Assembly: GCA_043228905.1 (NCBI GenBank)
Contig: JBHGNT010000012.1
Span: forward strand, 17,112,001 to 17,176,000
Source of the DNA: Azolla caroliniana
Lineage: Eukaryota; Plantae; Polypodiophyta
Length of the DNA: 64,000 bases
Direction of reading: 5' to 3'
Part shown: piece by piece, positions 12,031 through 23,899 of the stretch
How positions within the stretch are numbered: position 1 is the stretch's first letter
How the letters are laid out: each line of letters begins with the position of its first letter
Notes under the pieces: generated by a model
Database searches by the model: none
What the model saw: only the letters and a program-made list of their open reading frames with translations
What the model was told of the DNA's origin: nothing
Program-made: the position numbers and the translations under genes

Positions 12031-12374
12031 GGATAAAGTTTAGTATAACTTTAAAATTCATAATATGCTAGTATAGTGGTAAGGCTTAAACAATCGTTAA
12101 CATGGAGGTACAGTGTTCGAATCCTACCCTATGCATGTAACAATATTTTCTTCTATTTACAAATTTGTCTCTCCATCCGGTTTTTACCAGTTCTCCTTAC
12201 CGGTTCCTCCTTGCCGATTTCATCCTTCATCCGGCTCTCCGTAGCCGGGTACTCCTCATCCGGTCCTCACCGGGTCTGTATCATCCGGCTCTCCGTAGCT
12301 GTGTACTCCTCATACCGTTTGTTCGTCGGCACTGTTCTTCTCCCTTCCCATCCGGAGGGACCTGTCTCCCAACA

Positions 12375-15300
12375 GATTGCTTCTTCGGTTCTTTCCTTTT
12401 TTTCTCCCATAAATGACTTAATGACAAACGATGGTTCACCCTGTCGCTCATCATGCCTATTAGTCTCACGTTGTAAACTAATGACACATGCCTTGAGAGC
12501 ACTTTGAGATTGCCAAAGTTCGGTCATCTGTCGAGCGGTGAAACTAAGGTATTGGGTTATTTGTGAAAAATACATCTCAATGGACATTTGTCCAAGAGGA
12601 TTTCCTTGAGTTCCTTCCGCTTGAGCGGATGACATCGAGTTGTTATTTTGAGCCATTGAATGATTATTTCTGGCAAAGAAATAGGATAAGGTCAGACAAA
12701 TAGTCATAACATCATGTCGTGATGTAAACATATCATGGGCAAACATTAATCGATATCATGATCTCACGTCAATACCCCCTAGACGTATGAGATGAGGTTC
12801 AAGATCAGGTTACTATGGTAACACAAAGGTGTTTTAAAAACCATGGGGGTGACAAATAAATGTCTTTCCCTGATCTCTATATCGATTTTTTCATGGCGGC
12901 TCCCCGAGGCTCAACCATGTATGTTCGCATATTGAGAAGTTTATACACGAAAAAAATGGTAACAATAAACTATGTTTTTGTGCCCACATATGTGGTTTCG
13001 GCTCTTTAAGTCCTATTACAAGGACCCCGAAGTGCACTTAGACCTCAAGTCTAAACATGTATTATAGTCATATGTATCAACGATGTTGGATGGTCTTAGT
13101 TATATTTGAACTCAAGACCTCGAGAACAAATGCATTAAACACTTGAGCTAACCAATTAGGTTGCTCTTTTTGAATGTTTCATGTTTCATGTGTATAAGAG
13201 ATATGCAAGGCATTTTCCCATATATGTTTTTAAAAAAAGAAACATATATGTCAAGAGTCCTTATTTCCCCCTCGTTTACCACAACCTTTGTTGGTACGTT
13301 ACGTAACGTCAAGTCTCGTAATTACGATGGGATATGCCAAAGTGCAACCTAATGCTCAAGCCAAATGAGCCCTCTTTTTGTAGTAGGCCCACGTGGCCCA
13401 TCACATGGTTACATCATTACAAATGTCTTTCGTAAGAATGACCTCACGGTGGCATCGTATCCATGTAATGAGGGAGGGATGTTGGATATGTGTGTCATAG
13501 GAGCGACCTCACATGAAGTGGGTTAAGCCCTACGTACTCAACGCCATTGTGGCTATGATTGTTTCATTACATAACGAAATATCGAAGTGACCAACGGGGA
13601 TGTCAACAAAAAAATGTTGAAAAAGGGATGGTGAAAACGCCATTCTCACAAAAATGTGAGCATGGCCACCAAGATCCTTTTCCCGACAAGAACAACATTC
13701 AATAGAAATCACATAATATCAAATATACACATATGTTTACTTATCACATATATACGATCAAATACGTATACACGTGACCACATATGCGTACATTAAACAA
13801 ATCGTTACATCAAATAGCCAGAAATGATGTAATCGAGATACGTAAGCGAGACATATACCCTTTCCGCACACGAAACAACCAAAAATATGTTGGGAATCAA
13901 CGCTTCGATTCACCTTCACCGCTCGGCCACAACCGAGTAAGCGCGAATCAATGACGCAGAAAATAGGAACCACAAAGAGAAACAAAAAAAAACGCGAACA
14001 CACAGGGATTAACGTGGAAAACCCTAGACGGGAAAAACCACGGGAGTACAGGACTCCAAACCAACACTATACAGAGAAGTATACAATGGCGAGCTGCAAG
14101 GCGACGACCTTGAGCTCACTGTCTTCGCCACAGGCGGCGGCAATACACAGAGGCGTCGACCTCTTCCTTTCTCTCTCTCTCTAGGCTGCTCTCACTTCGC
14201 TCTCTCGGCTAGAACATAAAATGAGCAACAACAAACAGTTTGCCCTAAGTCATATTTATACACATATGACTTTCGGGCTATTTACAAATATAGCCTCAAG
14301 GGCCCTTGGCAAACATATTCACAAATATGTCCCCGCATCCGGATCTCTCTCCGGGTACATACATCATCCGGCTCTGTAGCCGGGTCTTCGTCATCCGGCT
14401 CCGTAGCCGGGTCTTCGTCATCCGGCTCCGTATCCGGGGTCTACATCATCCGGCTCCGTAGCCGGGGTCTACATCATCCGGCTCCGTAGCCGGGTACTCT
14501 TCATCCGGCTTCAAACCGGGTACTCTTCATCCGGCTTCATGCCGGGTACTCTTCATCCGCCGGTTCCGTAACCGCAACCGGGCTTGCCGTCATTCATCTC
14601 CGGACATCCCATCCGGAGGGACCGATATCCCAACAAAATAAGGGTTCATCGTGATATGCAATTGAGGTATTGACCTCTTACGCATACGAGACCAAACACA
14701 TATCATTTACAACGAAATCGAGGTATTGACCTCATACGCATACGTAAGATATGTATGTGAGCATAATACGCAATTGAGGTATTAACCTCATGCGCATACG
14801 ACATTAATCACATATTCAATATATGTCAAATGAGGTATTGCCCTCATACACATATGTAAACGTTTTATACAACCAATTAATTACCACTACAACATCATTG
14901 AATTAATGAAAAAAATTACATATAGACTATATACAGGATTAGATGGGAGAAGAAAAAAAAGAAAAAAGAAGAAGGAAAGAGTTACCGAAGTTCCTTTGTT
15001 GATCGTTGTCTGGATCAAGGCCGACCGCACATCGATCGATCACCATCAATCAACAAGACAAAAGTCAACAAAAGAAACATTAGAACATAGACTCTGGAAC
15101 CAACTATTAGAGATATGTACTAATGTAAGCAAAGGATAAGGATAAACGATAGATCTAGATAGAGAGGAGACAGAGAGAAAGAAGGGTTCCGGTCCACCCG
15201 ACCACCCCCGAGCGAACGGATCGAGACGAACTCGAGCCTCGATCGGCGTCCCATACCATCGTCATGGTGTCCAGTCGTTCTTGGTGCTGGCGCGCTCGCT

Positions 15301-15561
15301 ACAAGAGTTGACCCACCACAAGGACAGAGTCTTGATGTAGTCAAAAGATGATGAAATGAGGGTAGCTAGCCCTCATATTTATAGCGATACCCAAGGCCCC
15401 CAAGCAAGTTCACACTTGGCCTAATGGGTTGTCTCAATCCTGAGGATTAAAAGTAATCCTCCCCTTCTTTACACTCTCGTTTAACCCTCACACTTATCCA
15501 CGTGTTTAGAATACTACGGTAAATTCTCACCACGAGATATTATATGGTCATGCTCGTAACA
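12375..15561 (-). mobile_element. Family X chromovirus copy 2: 5' LTR 15105-15561, degenerate PBS 15091-15102, long leader, gag start (ATG 12656) truncated at 12375
   Basis: Colinear with 56060-58739; gag N-terminus MAQNNNSMSSAQAEGTQGNP. Confidence 0.85.
13888..14635 (-). mobile_element. Solo LTR of the copia A family
   Basis: Highly similar to 1706-2354 in reverse; TSD AAATA (13883-13887, 14636-14640); the empty site is visible in the sister copy at ~57815. Confidence 0.92.
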
Positions 15562-16315
15562 ACATGGGAGGTGATGCACATGAAGACAATGGTGTACATC
15601 CGGTGCTTCATCGACATGAGCCTATATAACAACTTCAATGAAGAAAGTAAAGCTAATGTGCTCTGGGAGAAAATCGGCACCATGCTAGAGAGTAAAAACA
15701 CCGTAAATCGGGTTTCGGTATTTCGGAAGTTAGTGAGACTCCGGTACCAGGACGGATCCAACATGGCGGAGCACATGAACGCATTTCAGGGGCTCATAAA
15801 CCAAACAACTTCGCTTGAAGTACCTCTAGCCGACGAGGTACTTGCATTGCTCCTACTCGGTGTCAGAACCAAGGATAAAAGATAGAGTGATGGAAGAAGG
15901 ATATTAGAGAACATGAGAAGAAAGGAACCAAATACTAAGAGAAGAATGGATGTATAAGATAGAGAAAGAAAGAGAATGGATACAAGATATGTAATGAGAG
16001 CTAAAGACTGGTGTTGATTCGAATTGATTTGAGAATACATGTATGCGCTTATTTATAGGTTCCTATAGAATAGTTTAGAGATTTCTAGAATGTTCTAGAA
16101 TGTTCTAGACCTAGAATGCTCTAGGACATTCTAGAACATTCTAGAATAATCTAGAGTTTTTATAATAATCAATGTAATACAAGAAGTAGCTTTTATTGTT
16201 TCATATAACAATAAGCTATCTTAATGGTTGAGGTTTTCAAGTATGAATTACAAGGTTCGAGGTTCAAGTCCGGGTGACGCCATAATGGTCATGTGTTCAT
16301 GACACTATCCCTCCT

Positions 16316-19300
16316 TCAAGAACGCCGAGTGGAAGTCTGCGTTAACATTGTTGGACCGGGCTTGTTTGGATAGTGATGATGGAAGTCGTTGACCAGAGCT
16401 TCAGCATTACAAACGTTATCGATGGGTTCCCAAGTGCGATCACTCGGAGGATAACCAAGCCAATCAACTAGATAATAAAGCTTATTGCGCACAATCTTAG
16501 AATCGAGAATAGTAGCTACCTCGTATTCGGGGCCGTCCACAAGTTGTACATAAGGCGGTGGTGGCACGACACGATTAGGAATTAAAGAGGTGTGGCAAGG
16601 TTCCAAAAGAGAGCTATGAAAGACAGGGTGAAGCCGCATATGTGCAGGAAGGTTAAGATGAAATGTTGCATCATTAATCTGCGTCGTGATGACAAAAGGA
16701 CCTAAGCGTTGATAGTCAAGCTTAGCACACGGTCGGGTAGTCTTGATGTGACGACGAAGCAACCATACACGGTCACCAACCTTAAACGGAGACTTAAGAC
16801 GATGTCGATCGGCATTGGTCTTATGGTGTGCTTGCGCTTTCTGAAGATGTGATGATAACTCGAGCTGGATTTGTTGTAGTCGGTGGAGGTGATGCGTCGC
16901 ACTAGGGTTTCGTGACACCTCGGGAAGATCCAGTATACACCATCGAGGGTGGTTGCCGGTTAAGGCAAAGAAAGGTGTAACTTTGGTAGAAGAGTGGACC
17001 GTGTTGTTGTATGCAAACTCGGTAAGATGTAAAATTTTACTCCAATCATCTTGTTGATAACTAATGAAACATCGAAGATATTGCTCGAGCGTTTGATTTG
17101 TGCGCTCTGTTTGTCCGTCAGTTTGTGGATGATAAGCCGAAGAGAGTTTGCAAGATATTTTCAGGCCTACCCATAGGTGCTTCCAAAAGTGTGAGATAAA
17201 TTGAGGACCTCGATCGCTAATAATATCATTCGGGAGACCATGATGGCGAAACACTTCACGCATAATGAGATCTGCAGTTTCTTCACTATTGATGGTCTTT
17301 ACACATGGTACAAAATGTGCCATCTTGGTGAACCGATCCACTACTATTAAAATAGTATCAAAGCCTTTGGAAGGTGGCAGATCCGTAATGAAATCCATAG
17401 AAATAGACTGCCATGGCTTGTTGGGAGGGGGTAATGGTTGTAGTAAGCCATAAGGGTGATGCCGGGGTATTTTGGCGCGACAGCAGGTGTCAAAAGTGCG
17501 AACATAATCTTCGACAAATTTTTGCAAGTGAGGCCACCAAAACGAACGTTTCACCAGCTCAATGGTCTTGGAAATACCAAAATGTCCAGCCATGGGGGCA
17601 TCATGACAATGTTCCAACACTTAAAGTCGGGGTGATCCGTCGGGGACGTAAAGGAGATTCTTGTAGAAGAGTAAACCATCTTGCCACTTGAAGTCCTGAT
17701 AATGTTGAGATGACCCTGGCAATGTGGAGCAAGATGGACGACTTGAACCACAGTGGGCTAAGACATCCTTAGCAAAATCATCCGAATGAAGTTGTTGCCG
17801 AATAGTGTCAAGAAGGGTAGAATCAAGTGGTGTGGCATAAATTGTTGTTACCTGTAGCTTTAATGGCCTGAGGAGAGTTTGCTTTTGATTGTCAAAGGCC
17901 CGATCTCCAGGTCGAAGTGCTAGATACGAACGCCGAGACAGAGCATCTGCTTTCCCTTGTTGTTTTCCGGGGCGAAAAATGATCTTGAAATCGAAACGCG
18001 TTAGAAATTGGGCCCACCGAGCTTGTCATCTATTTAATACTCGAGCTGTTTGAAAATATGTGAGATTTTTGTGATCACTATAAATGATAATCTGATGAGG
18101 TGATCCTTCTAGAAAATGACGCCATTGCTCGAATGAGTCGACCACAACTAGTAACTCCTTGTCATGCACCTCATAGTTTATCTCCGAAACAGTAAATTTT
18201 CTCGAGTGAAACGCGACTGGATGTATCTGCCCGTCCTCGCCTGGTTGCGATAGGATACTCCCCAATGCAAAGTCTGATGCATCCGCCTCAATAGTAAATG
18301 GCTTTTCAGGATCAATATGTGCTAGGATGGGTGCTGATGTGAATGCCTCTTTCAGCTGCGTAAAAGCCTTGTCCGCTTCGATACTCCAAAAAAATGCTTG
18401 ATTTTTCTTGGTGAGTTGAGTAAGGGGCAACACAATGCTTGAATAATTATGTATGAATTTGCGATAGAAGTTCGCAAATCCGAGGAAACACTGGACATCC
18501 CGAACTGAGCATGGGGGTTTCCATTCCAATATTGTTTGGACTTTTGCCGGGTCCATGAAAACACCCTGGGATGAAATAGTGTATCCCAAAAATTCGACTT
18601 GTTTGCAATCAAAACTGCATTTCTCAAGTTTGGCGTAAAGACCATACTTAGGCGTTCAAGTACTTGCCGCACATGTATATCATGCTCCCCCTGTGTTTTA
18701 GAGTAAATCAATAGATCATCTAGGTAGATGATTAGAAAAATATCCAAGAAATCCCGGAAGATGTCATTTGCCATATGTTGGAATACGGCAGGTGCATTTG
18801 TGAGCCCGAAAGGCATGACTGTATACTCGAAATGACCATACTGAGTACGAAATGTTGTTTTCCACTCATCTCCCGGCCGAATTCGAACAAGATTATATGC
18901 ACCCCTTAGATCAATTTTGGTAAAATGCTTTGCCCCACCAATGCGTTCTAAGAGATTGGAGATTAAAGGTAAAGCATACCTATTCCTTATGGTGACTTTA
19001 TTTAAGCCTCGATAGTCCACGACCAAATGAAGGGAGCCGTCCTTTTTCTTCACAAAAAAGATAGGAGCACCAGCTGGAGACTTTGAATGTCGAATAAACC
19101 CATGTGCAAGATTTTCCTCGATGTATGCTCGAAGAACCTCAAGCTCAGTGGGTGATAAATTGTAAATCGGACCCCACGGAGGCTCTTTTCTTGGTTGGAG
19201 ATCAATAGGACAGTCGTACGGCCGATGCTTTGGAAGAACACTAGCTTTGACTTTGTCGAAAACATCAGCATAGTCTTGATATTTTTTGGGAATTTGGATG

Positions 19301-19953
19301 TCTGAATTCCCTTGAGTGACACTAGAAGGTGTCACTGATACTGCAAATAAGAAAAGGTCCTCCTTGCCTCCCACTTGGTGCAATTGTTGCAATGTGATGG
19401 CTGAAATTTGATGAGAAGGATATGGTGCATCGGTAGAACTATATACTTTGGGAGGATAATCCCGAGTTCGATCCTTGACAATGATATTTTCTGCTAAAGG
19501 GCACCTAATTTCTCGCTTCCTCCAATCGATTCTAGGGTTATGTAGCTCGAACCATGGCAAACCGAGGACAATTGGATGCTCAGGACTATGGATTATGTTA
19601 AAGGAAACTACACATCCTAAATCACCCAAGAGTATGTGTATTGGCTCAGACTCTTCAAATATCTTCCCGGAAGCTATGGGGTGTCCATCAATCACTACTA
19701 CGGAAACTGGACAAGGAAGTGTATGCAAGGATATTTGGTGTTTTTGGGCAAAATCTCTATCCATGAAACAAGAATTGGCTCCAGTATCTAAGAGGGCTTG
19801 GACTTGAAGTTGACAACTGGGTGTCCTAACTTGTACTAGGGCTGAGAAGACTCTACTAACATGCTTGGAAGAAATGGAACCCACACTAGGTTGTACATAT
19901 CTAGGGTTGTCCAACCAAATGGCTCCTATTTTGGCCGGACTTATTCGTTTGAC
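16316..19953 (-). pseudogene. Pol (protease, RT, RNase H, integrase, chromodomain) in the -1 frame relative to gag
   Basis: LLDTGAN, YLDDLL, ADASDFALG, ISMDFIT, SDRGPQF, QTERTNQTLE and chromodomain YEVATILDS...YLVDWLGY...TWEP. Frameshift at ~18650, stop at 18026 and a further break near 17650. Confidence 0.93.
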
Positions 19954-21104
19954 TCCTCTTCTAATTGTCTTAGGACTTCAAATTTATTGGACAAGGGTGG
20001 ATTATTCATAATATTAGATTCACTAACTACTTCTAAAATGTTGGACTCATTTTTATTGTCATAGTGAATTTGATTTACCTGACGTCTCGGCCTACGGGAG
20101 CAATGAATGGCTATATGTCCTGGACCTCCACAATATAAGCACAGATGGTTTGCTCGACGACGTTGCTTCTCTTCGTCTGACAAGGGTCCTCGTCGTTGAG
20201 TCATATCGATCTCCATGGGTGTAGGACTATCCATTGGGACTAGACTACGTGTTTGCCTTGGAGTTGGAGCAGGGCTATACATTTGCATTGGGGATGATTG
20301 CGCCGTTACTGATGCATAAGTTGGTGTGAATCTAGATCTTGTTATTTGTTGTTGTCGCTCACATCGATGCTCAAAAAGGCGATTATCACACCGTATTGCT
20401 TGACTAATAGCTTCTGTAAGTGACCTTGGATCCTCGGGGAAGGTAAGAAGTAAGTCTTTGACATCACTACGAAGGCCTGAACGGAATTGCTCCATTAGGG
20501 CTTGTTCAGCCCAAGGAATATCGCTTGCGATGAGACGGAAATTGGCAGCATATGTTGAAGCTGGTTGATCACCTTGACGAAGTGTATGAATCTTGTTGAT
20601 AGCTGTTCTCGCCCCATCAATATCTCCGAAACAAGCCTTTAATTCCTTGATAAATTCCTCGAAATTATTCAGTAGAGGAGAATTGGTCTCTAGCAATGGA
20701 GCAAACCACGACAACACTATGCCAATCAATAAAGTGCCCACTAGCCCGACTCGTGATGCATCTCTTGGATAACGTGCGGGATGCATTTGAATCACCAACC
20801 GTACTTGATTCAAAAAACCTCGGAAATGCGCCCTCGACCCATCAAATTTAGTTGGGAGGCTAATTTTGGGCTCCTTGATAAGTCCCTGACCTTCAACCCT
20901 TTGTTGTTGTAACACGACGATTGTCGACTCTAACTGTTGCACTCGTCGCGTGAACTCCTCTTGTTGTTGTTGCTTCTCTATAGTAACCTTTTGTAGATCC
21001 CCAAGTAGACGTTGATTCTCTACTTCAAGAGATGCGAACTTGGATTTAAGGTTCTCCATTTCTGCAACAAGGGTGAGATATTCTTCTAAGTTAATGGCAG
21101 CCAT
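19941..21104 (-). CDS. Gag (Tf1/Sushi/PEG10-like capsid plus CCHC zinc knuckle), 387 aa
   Basis: KISLPTKFDGSRAHFRGFLNQVRL, LRQGDQPASTYAANF and CLYCGGPGHIAIHC. Confidence 0.92.
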   Translation of the reverse strand: MAAINLEEYLTLVAEMENLKSKFASLEVENQRLLGDLQKVTIEKQQQQEEFTRRVQQLESTIVVLQQQRVEGQGLIKEPKISLPTKFDGSRAHFRGFLNQVRLVIQMHPARYPRDASRVGLVGTLLIGIVLSWFAPLLETNSPLLNNFEEFIKELKACFGDIDGARTAINKIHTLRQGDQPASTYAANFRLIASDIPWAEQALMEQFRSGLRSDVKDLLLTFPEDPRSLTEAISQAIRCDNRLFEHRCERQQQITRSRFTPTYASVTAQSSPMQMYSPAPTPRQTRSLVPMDSPTPMEIDMTQRRGPLSDEEKQRRRANHLCLYCGGPGHIAIHCSRRPRRQVNQIHYDNKNESNILEVVSESNIMNNPPLSNKFEVLRQLEEESNE

Positions 21105-21129
21105 GGTTTCAGGATGGTTACAAAGGAGG

Positions 21130-21185
<56 letters not shown>

Positions 21186-23899
21186 GAATCAAACTGTCAG
21201 AACCAAGGATAAAAGATAGAGTGATAGAAGAAGGATATTAGAGAACACTAGAAGAAAGGAACCAAATACTAAGAGAAGAATGGATGTATAAGATAGAGAA
21301 AGAAAGAGAATGGATACAAGATATGTAATGAGAGCTAAAGACTGGTGTTGATTCGAATTGATTTGAGAATACATGTATGCGCTTATTTAAAGGTTCCTAT
21401 AGAATAGCTTAGAGATTTCTAGAATGTTCTAGAATGTTCTAGACCTAGAATGCTCTAGGACATTCTAGAACATTCTAGAATAATGTAGAGTTTTTACAAT
21501 AATCAATGTAATACAAGAAGTAGCTTTTATTGTTTCATATAACAATAAGCTATCTTAATGGTTGAGGTTTTCAAGTATGAATTACAAGGTTCGAGGTTCA
21601 AGTCCGGGTGACGCCATAATGGTCATGTGTTCATGACACTCAGTTCCCTCCTAGATAGTTGGGAGACGCTAGTTGTCACTTTGGGCAACGCCGAGCCGGA
21701 AGGAAAGCAGTTGTCCCTAGCAAGGGTAAAATCGAGCTTGCTAGATGAAGAAGCTCGCCGGAAGGACCGGGAGTCCGGAACTGATCCGAAGGCCTTGGTC
21801 ACGGAAGATGACCATTACCGAGGAAGAAGCCGGTATTAGAGTCCCGAAAACCGGGACAAATTGGGGACGAGGTCAAAGTCGAGGGGGAGGCCTACTTGCT
21901 TCTTTTGTGGGAAGTCAAGGCATTTCCAAAAAAACTGTTGGCATTTCCGGAAAGAGAAAGGAACCGACAGTGCCAATTCGAAGAAGGGTTCGGACCAGAA
22001 AGGCTCGGATCATAAGGGAACGTCGGCAATCGCGACAAGTGAAGAAGAACTAATGCTCATTACCGAGGAGAATGAGTTAAACCTTGTCGGCGATGAGACA
22101 ACATGGGTTGTTGATTCCGGAGCGTCGTTCCACCTGACACCGGACTGGAGATGCTTCTCATCCTACATAGCTGGAGATCACAGTTGTGTCTTCTAAAAGC
22201 CTATACACATAATCGTAATCATCTAGTCTTGCATTAAAAATACCTTCGATGTAGAATGTCCCTGCAGATACAAAATTTTCCCAAGCATCTACAATATTCT
22301 GGGTTGCACATTGTTTACAAACCGTGCACTTCAATATATAGAAATCAACATCCTCTATTGCCTTCTTCTGCATTTACAACAAAATTATCCCCAACATTTA
22401 TGACATCACTCAGAGTATCTCCACGGCCCTGATATGTGAAGTCAGTATTGTTTTCTGTTTCTCCATCCACCACTTCCTTATCATTCAATGTATGGTACTC
22501 TCAATTCTGAAGATATGCTTTGTTTAAACAATACCTCCAATTTCCCTACACACAATGGAAGCAAAAATAAGTTAATTCTCTAACCGCAATACAATGACAA
22601 TCACACCTAGAATAACCTCGAACAGCATGGAGAGATCGCAATTCGGGAATTCCTTGGCACTCCCATGTCTTCTTCCCCAAATACACATTTGATATCTCAA
22701 ACCTGCGAGGAATAAACACCAGTTGCACTCGTTGACATATTAGCTCTTAAAAATTCGACCACATGTGCTACACAATTCATATGCACACCATATCCCTTTA
22801 GTTGTTCATGGGTAAGTGCCCGCTTTATAACTGCACATGCTCCATCATGTTCACCTTTACCATGGCCGATCCCAAAAAAAAATCATCTCATCTCCAAACC
22901 TGTTACAGAAGGATACATCCCAAAAAAATAAAATGGACGTCTAGCCTTAAATTGTGATGCAACTCCGTCAGACCAGACCCAATGTTGAGCCAACACCAAA
23001 TGTTGACGTAATAACCATTGCTAATGTAACTTAAAGCAGTGTTGGACAAACAATGTATCATGCTTCTTATCATCAGAAATAAAAAAATGAATTACTTTCT
23101 TAACATCACTTGAAACTCGAAAATATGTTATGTGCACAAAAATGGTTACTTGCACTTAACACCAATGCATGAATTGAATTTCATCTACTGCTTGAAAGTA
23201 TAATTCTCTGCGAAATCTACTACTGAAGTCTGAGACTACTACATCATTTGGAAAATTAGATATAGAGTCTTAAACTGATGGGCCTGCCATGAATAAATGA
23301 AGTTGTGTTTAATGAACTTTCCTAGAGATACTACAAATAGAGATGTTGAATCCCTTGGTTTAAGCGACTTCCTAACTAGATCCTTTCTTTTACACACCCT
23401 TCCTTTGAAATTGGTGTCCACAAACTCAAAAAACTTGATAGGGATTAATATTTCACTACTCAACTCTTTTGGACACCACCTAAATCTACTAGGTCCACAA
23501 TCTTGACATAAACCCTTGCCACATTTATAACCGTGGAAGACAACCTCAAATTCTCTCAGATACAATACTGAATCTAAAAGATCACTCATAGAAGAGATAC
23601 CATGCTCTGATGATTTACAGTGCTCTTGCAGGCTAGATCGACAAATTGGGCACTCACAAGTGCAGACTGCATCCTCTAGGGAGGAGCTATGGTGACGTCG
23701 TAGATTAACAGAGTCCTTGAGAAAACCCATTTGTACATGGTAAATGCAACATGTGTATCGATCCTTTAAGGGTCTCACAAAGTGTGGCTTAAGAGACTCA
23801 AATGTTCGTAGTTGAACTTTGATATTTGGATGCATTCGCTTAAACCTAATAAATAAATCTACTTGCGTATTAAAAAGGGAGTACAGTGAGTATTCTAAT

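Larger units (their letters stand above)
7453..12374 (-). mobile_element. Non-autonomous (gag-only) Ty3/gypsy-like LTR element with a tRNA-Trp PBS; 3' LTR 7453-8390, diverged or chimeric 5' LTR 10934-12374
   Basis: The 3' LTR has TGTCG...CGACA termini and a minus-strand purine tract at 8391-8420. The shared LTR block TTTTGGACTAGGAGGAGGAAGAATTTGAG occurs at ~7508 and ~10988. The PBS is at 10912-10929. No recognisable pol. Confidence 0.8.
15861..21638 (-). mobile_element. Tcn1-like Ty3/gypsy chromovirus, full-length, pol mutated
   Basis: 444-bp LTRs 15861-16304 and 21195-21638 differ by a few substitutions; TSD CTCGG/CTCAG; PPT at 16305-16317; order gag, PR, RT, RH, IN, chromodomain; no tRNA PBS. 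Confidence 0.95.

Noticed and set aside
14664-14860. CRISPR-like look (regularly spaced palindromic repeats with variable spacers)
   Set aside because: Eukaryotic retrotransposon leader, no cas genes, and the spacers are related to each other, so it is a diverged tandem repeat. Kept as an RNA-structure finding only.
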